DNA of 64,000 nt from the human T2T-CHM13v2.0 reference genome, Homo sapiens. Positions 54,195-64,000 of this stretch are shown here, piece after piece (positions within the stretch are counted from its first letter, which is position 1; each line of letters begins with the position of its first letter). Below the pieces are notes generated by a model. The model worked only from the letters and a program-made list of their open reading frames with translations, ran no database searches and had not been told where the DNA came from. The position numbers and the translations under genes were made by a program. The stretch is taken from NCBI RefSeq assembly GCF_009914755.1, contig NC_060947.1; one strand, given 5' to 3'.

Positions 54195-55720
54195 AATGTG
54201 AGAGCCCTTGTCTTTTCGTTTATGTTCTTATCTACACACATATAAACTGGGTTGGTATTCTTTAGAATTTTAACTGTTGGTTGTGGACAAATTTCCCTCC
54301 TTTATTTCTTTTTTCCCTTTATTTTTACATAATTATGTTATCTGATCACCCATACTTTCCACATCTCTTGCAACATCTCTCTAGATTTAATTTTTTGTTC
54401 TTAAATAAAATTTTAGGTTCATGTGTTTTTATCTTTAATATGGAAAAATTATTAATCTGTTATATTTTTGCACCCAGTAAGGTTGTTGAACAATTTGAAG
54501 TAAATCTGGCTTATATTCATTTGACACTGAACAATTATTTTTCTCTGAAAGCTCATGGAATTTTGTCTTTGTTTTTGACATCCCTCTGATTTTAGAATTT
54601 TCTACTCGCATTAGCTCTTCAGAATTTTTACTATGATATTCCTAGGTCTTAATTTCTCAATATTATCATGCTTGAGACCTTTCATAAGTTTTGAAAAATC
54701 ATCAATCAATATAATTTCGGGTATTTTTTTCATTCTATTTTTTCTCTTTAGGGACTCCAGTTTGTATATTTTAGAGCTTTTCACCATTTCTCAAATGTTT
54801 TTAACCTTTTAAAAGATATTGTCAAATCTTAAGTCTCTCCTTCTTTCAGCCTGGATAATTGCTCCTAATTTATCTTCCAGTAACTTGTTTTATCTTCTCT
54901 ATAATATACTGTTAAGCCCATCCATTTAATTTTAAATTTTTGGTATTGCATTTTTTACTACTAGAATTTACACTTAAAATATTTTCAAGTTCCCTGCTGA
55001 AATTCTCAGTATTATCATTCAATACATTGAAATATTATAGTTTTTTAAGTTCATGTCTGGCAATTTCATAATCTGCATTTCCTGTGGGTCTATTTCTAAT
55101 ATATTTTATGTCTTGTTTTTTATTCTTAGTCTTCTCATAAACCTGGCTATTTTTGATCAACAGTTAGTCATTTTATTTGAAAAATTATAAGATAATTTAT
55201 GGCTCTGGGTAATGTTATTTTGTTCCAGAGGGAATTTACGTTTGCTTCTGCCAGGCAGCTGGATCTGAGATTGAGATTATTCAAAATTGGGCTTTTATAT
55301 TTATGAGGGTTGATTTATTTCTGGTGTTAATCTTTACTCAGAGTATAGCCTTCTGTTGTCACAACTGAAAAACTCTGCTGTTTATCAGAATCCTCCTTTT
55401 TTGGCAACCCTTAAACTCCAATTTTTGTCTCCCTAACACCCAAGGGTCTTTGAAAATCTCTGCTTAACTTCTCAGCCTTTCAGCCAGTACTGTTTGAATT
55501 GAAAATTGGCCTGAGTAGAAATGAAGCCCCAAATGCTGCCAGGCTCATTTCTCTGAATTTTTCTTCTCTCTTGACTCTTGGACTTTTTATTCTTCATTTC
55601 CTTGGTAGCTCTCTGATGACTTCAGGAAGATATTTAAATACTTGCTCAGTATTCTAGTTGTCCTCAGTGGGAGTGTGGGCTCAAAATGACTTAGTCTATC
55701 ATTGCTAGAAACAGAATTTC
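53523..55720 (-). mobile_element. Continuation of the old L1ME-type element (ORF2 5' part, ORF1 and 5'UTR remnants)
   Basis: 'ctttagatgtgtcccac', 'tctctttagggactccag', 'attgcattttttactactagaattt', ending 'ttagtctatcattgctagaaacagaa'. Confidence 0.6.
54159..54192. repeat. (GT)17 microsatellite
   Basis: Read directly from the sequence. Confidence 0.97.
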
Positions 55721-55859
55721 ACAAACCACTTTTGTTTAACCCCTTATGCTGCTTCTCCACCAGGCAACTCCTTTTGCTAGAAATTCAAGAGATTTTTAGG
55801 GCCTGGGGGTGGAGAAGTGACTGTCAAGGGTAGTGGAGTCACCTGTACCTGTTTCAGCT

Positions 55860-56430
55860 TTTAAAAACTTTTTAATTTGAAATAATTTCAGATTTACAGA
55901 GAAGTTGAAAAGACAGTACAAATGATTCTCATACACCCTTCACTTTCACCCAGCTTCCCGTAATGTTATCATCTTACATAATCATGGTACATTTGTTGAA
56001 TCTAAAAAATTAACATTGGTTTAACACTAGTAAATAAACCACAGACTTGATTATTATTTCACCGGTTTATTCACTATTGTCTTTTTTCTCTGTTCTGCTA
56101 TTTATTCCAAGATGCCACATTGCATTTATTTGTCATATCCTCTCCTTTGTAAGAGTTTAGCAGAATTTCCTTGTTTTTCATGAGTTTGACAGTTCTGAAG
56201 AGTAGTGGTCAGATATTTAGTAGTGTGCTCCTCAATTTGTATTTGTCTGTTTTCTCAGAATTGGAATGGGGTTTTGGGATTTTGGAATATGTACCACAAA
56301 GAGAAATGTCTCTTCTCAGTCTGTTATATCAGGGATACACGATATCATTGTGACTTATTACTGGTGATGTTAACCTTGAACACTTGGTTAAGAATGTGTC
56401 TGCCAGGTTTCTCCATGTAGAGTTGCTATT
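55860..56430 (-). mobile_element. L1MC/MD-type 3'UTR fragment
   Basis: 'gaaataatttcagatttacagagaagttg...catcttacataatcatggtacatttg...ctggtgatgttaaccttgaacacttggttaag...tgccaggtttctcca'. Confidence 0.8.
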
Positions 56431-56619
56431 TTTCTCTTTTCCATCCTGCACCTGTTTTCATTAGCTGTTCACTGCAAAAGGACTTCTTTGCTGTCTGGAT
56501 ATCACCCTCACATATCCTTAGCAGCCTGGATTTCTTTAGTAGGGGGACAGGCAATGATAGCCTCAAGGTAATGTGAAGAAAAAAAATAATAGGAGAATGT
56601 GAAAGCTGTCTCTCAAACA

Positions 56620-56790
56620 ACTTTTTGTTTTTAAATTTTAACTTCTTATTTTGAAATATGTATAGACTCATAAGAAGTTCTGAAAACAGTAAAGAAAAGT
56701 CCTGTGTACACTTTCCATCCTCCAATGGTGACAACTTGCACAACTAGAGTACATTATCAAAGCAGGAAACTGACATTGGCACAATATCAT
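56620..56790 (-). mobile_element. L1MB-type 3' end fragment
   Basis: 'tatagactcataagaagtt...tcctccaatggtgacaacttgca...gcaggaaactgacattgg'. Confidence 0.7.
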
Positions 56791-56961
56791 CTCAGGCTGG
56801 TTTTTATATGCACTTATCTAAAGAAAACTTTAAATGTTAAATCGGCAAATTCTAGGAAATACTTGATTTAAGTTTATGCTTTAGTTTTTGGGATATCCAT
56901 GATTTAATTAAGTGATAAGAGAGGATTGATAAAGCCATATCATATTTCTATAGAAATAAGG

Positions 56962-57035
56962 TGTATTAATTTCCTGTTGCTACCATAGCAAATTACCACA
57001 AACTTGGTGGCTTAAGACAAGAGAAATGTATTCAA
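56962..57035 (-). mobile_element. MLT1 LTR terminal fragment
   Basis: 'tgtattaatttcctgttgct...aaattaccacaaacttggtggcttaa'. Confidence 0.7.
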
Positions 57036-57237
57036 CCTACTTTTCATTGCTTCAGCTGCTGCCTTCCACCCCAAGAAGTTGCCTTCTCACTTCCCACTTC
57101 TTTATGACAGACTTGTCCTGGGCCCCTTAGGGCATCTTAAGTTTTTCCTAATTTTACTTCTTCAGTCTATGGTTTCTTCTTACTTTTGTAGGAGGCGGTT
57201 TGTCAACTTGTCAGAAACCAGAAGCGACCCTTCTGTA

Positions 57238-57385
57238 CTTCTCACAACCCTGTGGGATTCCACAATAGTAATGACCCAATTTTATAGCCAAAGAGACTGA
57301 GGCTTAGAGAGGCTACAGAATCTGCTCAGTGTCACAGAGCCACTTCTTGCAGAATTGAAATTCATGCCTAAAGCCCTGGATTTTA
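57238..57385 (-). mobile_element. MIR SINE
   Basis: 'ctcacaaccctgtg...cccaattttatag...gagactgaggcttagagagg...gtcacagagc'. Confidence 0.75.
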
Positions 57386-57920
57386 ATCTTTGTGTTACAT
57401 ACTCCCTGCCAATCAGATCCTAGCACATACTCAAAACTGTGCCCTCTCCTTTCACACAGAGCCATTTGACTTGGGTGAAAATTGAGTGCCCAGCTCAGCT
57501 TTGTTTCCTTGGGATGATTATTTTATAGGCGACCGTGTCCTCTTATGTGAGGAGTCCTGACAAGCCAACTCAAAGCCCTCCAGACACTGTACTTCATCTA
57601 AATCTGCTGGATCTTCATGACTGGGGCTCTCAAACTAGAACCCCTGAAACACTTGTTTAAACTGACACTTCATCTCTACTGCTTCAAGTGCCTCTCTTGA
57701 GCAGTGTGCCAAAGTCCTCTTCTGATAAGTAGTTGTCTCACAGTAGTTCAAGATAATCCAATATGACATTTATCCTGCAAATACTTATAGAATGCTTATT
57801 GGAGAAGAACCATGTTAGGTGCTGGCTGAGGGGGAATGAAATTTGAGGAGTACTAAAAATGACCAAGACACAACCCCGAACTACATGGAGTTTAAACAAA
57901 TTGGCATTGCAATGAAAAAG

Positions 57921-58000
57921 TATATATCTCTATCTCTATTTCTATCTCTATCTCCAGCTCCATCTTCATATCCATCTCTATCTCTATTTCTATCTCTATC
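57921..58000. repeat. Degenerate (ATCTCT)n hexamer low-complexity repeat
   Basis: 'atctctatctctatttctatctctatc' occurs twice. Confidence 0.85.
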
Positions 58001-59711
58001 CACACACATACCCATATATAACTGGATGCAAGTTTTTCCCTTTACTTTGGAAGTCAGAGAAATATTTTCTGCACTGAATATAGAAGAAAAGGACCCACAA
58101 ATGTAATTCTGTGGTCAAACCACATGCCATGTCAGCCCTAGAGAAGTCTTGTGGGTTGGAAAGCCATGGAGTTTTATTTCTTTAAAAACTTACTACTTTT
58201 TCCTACCTGTATACTTGGTGGCAGATTTTGTTTCACTTTCTTTGTTTCTTTGCTGATTAAAATTTCCTCTCAGAAACGTGTTTAATTTTTACTGTCGCAT
58301 ATGTCATCTCTATGCAAAATCATCTTGTTGATTCATTCTGATATTGTATGGAAGAAAACCTGGTGGCTTCTTTTTGGTTTCCAGAGCATAATTAAGAGGA
58401 AGTTCCTCTGAATCTTTTCAATAAGAGAATATAAATTTGCTTCCAAAAATGGGCTTCAAAAGACACATATCTCTTTTTAATTATCTTTATAGTGGGTCTA
58501 CCAGGTGCACACATTTTAATTTAGGCTTTTTAACATCTAATGAAAAATACCTATTTTCTTCCTCAGCTTGGTAGAACCAATGCCAGGGGCAATGTAGAAA
58601 TAGACTGTGTCTTTGTGACATTTACTGGTAATTTTTTTTTTTTTTTTTACCATAATGACTATTCTACTGTATCAGATTCTAACAAGGGATGAAATGTTGT
58701 AGAGAAATGTTTTCTCCTTCTTTTAATATTCTTACCAATTCACTTGCCTTCTGCTCTGCAAATATGTTGCTATTTTTAAAAATTGGAATTCATAATCATA
58801 TGATTTGGAAAGTCCTTGAATCCTGGTGAACTGAAGCTCTATTTTAGTAGTTTCTACATTTTTATCCCAAGAAACTGGCAGGTTTAAAGATGTGTTATGT
58901 GGTATTTCTTGAAAAATTTTCAAAGATACATATTTTAAAAAATTCCTTCTTGGATTAATTAGGAATTTCTCTAGGGATAGTTAGAAAGCAGATCAGTGAG
59001 CAGGAGAAGTGGTTGTTGATCAGTGATAGAACAGTGGTACTAGAATATGGATTTTGTGGGTATTTAATGTATATATGTATGTATATTATAGATATACAAA
59101 TAAATATAAAATTTAGTATCAAAAGTTAGGAAATTCACATAAATGGATTTTAAAAATATGTTCATCCTACTTCTATGTCAAATTACCCATACAAGTAAAA
59201 TTCGAATATCAGACTTTATGTAGTAAGTTATATTCTGGAGTCAGAACAGTTATGGTTCATTACCCGAGAATTACAATAGCTATACATTCTGGTAATTGAG
59301 GTAAGCTTTAATGTTAGTTTTATTTTAAGGTAACTGAAGGCAAATCACTATTTTAAAGCTACAGGATCACATCAGAAAATATGTATAAAACCATTTTCCC
59401 AGATAAACTAGATCAATCCAACACACTGTTAATTAAATGGGATGGCTACATTGAGGTATCCATTTTTTAAATGGTTTCACCTCCTTGTTGATATATATCA
59501 TAAACATGGAAAACAGAAATAGTGTGGTAAAGTGAAAAGTACACCAGATTAAAAGTCAGGATACCTTGATCCTAACCCTGAGTCAGTCACCAACAATAAT
59601 GAAAAAATATACATGTGTATCTTTTTACTATTATAAAAGCACTTCTACACATATTGTGTCATTTGATATCAATTCAACATCTTGGGAAACATGTATTGTT
59701 ACTGTTACTTC

Positions 59712-60005
59712 TTTTTTTTTTTTTTTGAGACAGAGTCTCGCTCCGTTGCCCAGGCTGGAGTGTAGTGGCATAATCTCGGCTCACTGCAACCTCCGCCTCC
59801 CAGGTTCAAGCAACTCTCTGCCTCAGCCTGCTGAGTAGCTGGGATTACAGGCACGTGCCACCACACCCAGCTAATTTTTTGTATTTTTAGTAGAGATGGG
59901 GTTTCACCATGTTGGCCAGGCTGGTCTTGAACTCTTGACCTCGTGATCCTCCCGCCTCGGCCTCCCAAAGTGCTGGGATTACAGGCATGAGCCACCGCAC
60001 CCGGC
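59712..60005 (-). mobile_element. AluS (Sg-like)
   Basis: Poly-T, dimeric Alu, 'ggctggtcttgaactcttgacctcgtgatcc'; TSD acttcttt at 59707-59714 and 60006-60013. Confidence 0.96.
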
Positions 60006-61609
60006 ACTTCTTTCTTTCTAAAATATTCTGGCTATGCTTATGAGGATATCAAAGCTCAAGAAACTAAGATTCTTGCCCAAAGTAATTTAGTACCTGGAAA
60101 TGTTTGACACTTGAATCCATACCTCTGAGTTTTGGAATTCTCATCTTTAAAATGAAAACTGGGTGCTCTCTAAGGCCCATTCAATTGAAAAAAAGCTATG
60201 CAGAACTTATGTTTTCTGCATGGAAACAGTATGTTAGCAACCCAAACTTGCAGGACATAACCAGAAAACACATTTTTTTTTTTTTTCTCTCAGTTGCTTT
60301 ACAACTTATTCAATGGGGGAAATGCCACCTATGATCCTGGACAAAAACTCAGGCAGTCTCGTGATGTTTCTGTTCACTGTTAGAGAAAGAAAAGCCCAGT
60401 GGTCCTTTTAAGTTCCCAATTTGGAATTTAGAGTGTCAGGGCTTTGTTATATTAAGCAGCTCTAACTGGATTTATAAGTTAAAACCTTTCTTTTCCCTAA
60501 CTGAGGCCTTCTTCGTGAGGGAAGCAAAGAAAGCATGGCATACTTCCCTCCCTCCTCCACTATCCACAGTTCTGACAAGACCTTGGTCTAAAGAGTGGAG
60601 GGAAGTCGAGAGGTAAGAGAACAGGAACATTCTTACTTGTCTGGCACTGTGTCATGAGCTGCCTATGACGTCTCTGGGCCTGCATCCTTCTGGGGCCCTC
60701 ACTGGGAATATTTGATGGTACTTCTTGTGATATGGAGTGGGCATGTCTCTAACTGGCTGTTCCTTCTCAGCAGCTGGCCCTTCAGTGGTCCACTTTACAC
60801 AGACTCCCTTTGTCGAGGTCCCAGCTTCCTTTCAGTCTGACCTATCAGTGGGATTTAAAATGGTACCAGGTCCATGGGAAGCACTCATCCATTTTCTGCT
60901 TCAGTAAGCCAGTCCCAGCACAGTCACCTGTTCTTTGCTTCCACCTCCAGAGCCCATCTCTGCTTTTAAGTTTTTCATGTGGGAGTCAGAGACTTGGCCA
61001 TTGTGTTCCTCTGGTTCTCAGGAACATATCAAGCCTTTTTTTTTTTTTTTTTTTTTTTTTTTGCTAAAGATGAAAGACAGGCATCCTACACACTCTTTCC
61101 TTGGAATGATAGGACTCATTGCCAGCTCTGTCCAAAGAAATTCTCCTCACACATAATCTCTAAATCGCATCTCCAATAAAGACAGTCATTTAACTATTTC
61201 TCAGGCATGAATTTGGACATTTTTGTTCTCTTCGGAATGCAGTATTTGTTATTTCCATATAGCAGCCAAAAGCCACAATGGAGACAGAAAGTGTTCCATT
61301 ATTAATATCCTGTAACATATAGAGAGGCTGGTGAAAATTTATATCTAAACACAGCTAGTCCACATTGACTGTAATACAGCCAATCTAATTATTTTGGTCA
61401 CTATGCTAATAAAGAAACCAAATGAATGATAGGTTTTCTAATCTGTTGACCAAGTTGGTTGTGTCACAATTTTGTTAGTGGATAAAAATTTTTAATTTTC
61501 TTCTGTTGTCAAAAAAAGGATGGACAAAAAGGTGAAGAACTGTTTAAACTTAACGTGGTGATTAATCATAAAAAATATGAAATGCCTTCTAATAGTCATT
61601 TGCTTAACA

Positions 61610-61700
61610 AATAATTGTTGAGTGCCTATTTGTGTCAGGCATTGTGGAGTCATGAAAGTTTCAACAGTAAACAAAATATACAAAACTCCTTGCATTCATG
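61610..61700 (-). mobile_element. L2 3' end fragment
   Basis: 'aacaaataattgttgagtgcctatttgtgtcaggcattgtg...acagtaaacaaaa'. Confidence 0.65.
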
Positions 61701-61947
61701 TAACTTAGATTTTACATGATACCTTTATGGCTTATTGAAGGTCAAGTGTGTCAACAAACATGAAAATGAAATGCTTCAAGAAAACTATCCACAATGAATG
61801 TACACAGCGATATTCACTGAATAACATTTGCTATTTTGACTATTCACTAGCAACTCATATTGTCCAAGGAATTTTGAATTTTCTAGGGCAAAATTGGAAT
61901 AATATATAATAGGCCGGAGTGTGGGGATGAACTATATGCCTGTTTGA

Positions 61948-63593
<1,646 letters not shown>

Positions 63594-64000
63594 ACTGTTG
63601 TTTAACTTCCTTAACTTAATGAGAACTTGTGGTTTCCTACTCCTAATTATACACTTATTTTGGGGAAGAGGAGAGTATATAAAATGAAAACCATTAAATC
63701 AAGTATAACCAAGAATTATCACTTTAGATATTATCATAATCTGGAATGAGTTGTCCTTTTCGGAAACACTTACTGCAACTCAAACAAGGCTGAATGGGGA
63801 AATACTGAATGGGGAAAGATAAACTACTGGGATCAAGGGATGTATACTCTATGAGTACATGACAGCAAATTTGAGACTATTGTGAATTTGAGACTTTGTT
63901 TTCCTACTTGGTAAAATAATTTAAAGTACAGGAGACTCTTGATATTCATGAAGGATGTGTCTGGAGACCCTCTCACTTCCCTAATACATGACTACCTCTT

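Overview
AT-rich primate genomic DNA, most likely human or great ape, judging by an L1PA2-type insertion plus AluJ/AluS, MADE1 and MST elements. I found no supportable protein-coding gene, tRNA, rRNA or CRISPR array. The supplied ORFs are L1 ORF1/ORF2 remnants, Alu or microsatellite read-throughs, or chance ORFs. Well over half of the window is interspersed repeat: L1PA2 to L1ME, a probable HAL1, L2, L3/CR1, MIR, Alu, MaLR/ERVL LTRs, and hAT-Charlie and mariner MITEs. The interesting signal lies in the mechanics of the insertions. There are two ultra-short L1 3'-end insertions (34 bp and 24 bp) with target-site duplications (TSDs). There are two twin-primed (5'-inverted) young L1s, one apparently carrying a 15-nt 3' transduction. 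A MADE1 has been rearranged into an extended miR-548-like hairpin, nested L1 stacks retain their TSDs, and there is an old ~220-bp local duplication. I see no evidence for a new multi-gene system. Subfamily names come from my recall of consensus diagnostics and need confirming with RepeatMasker/Dfam. Boundaries of the old repeats are approximate.
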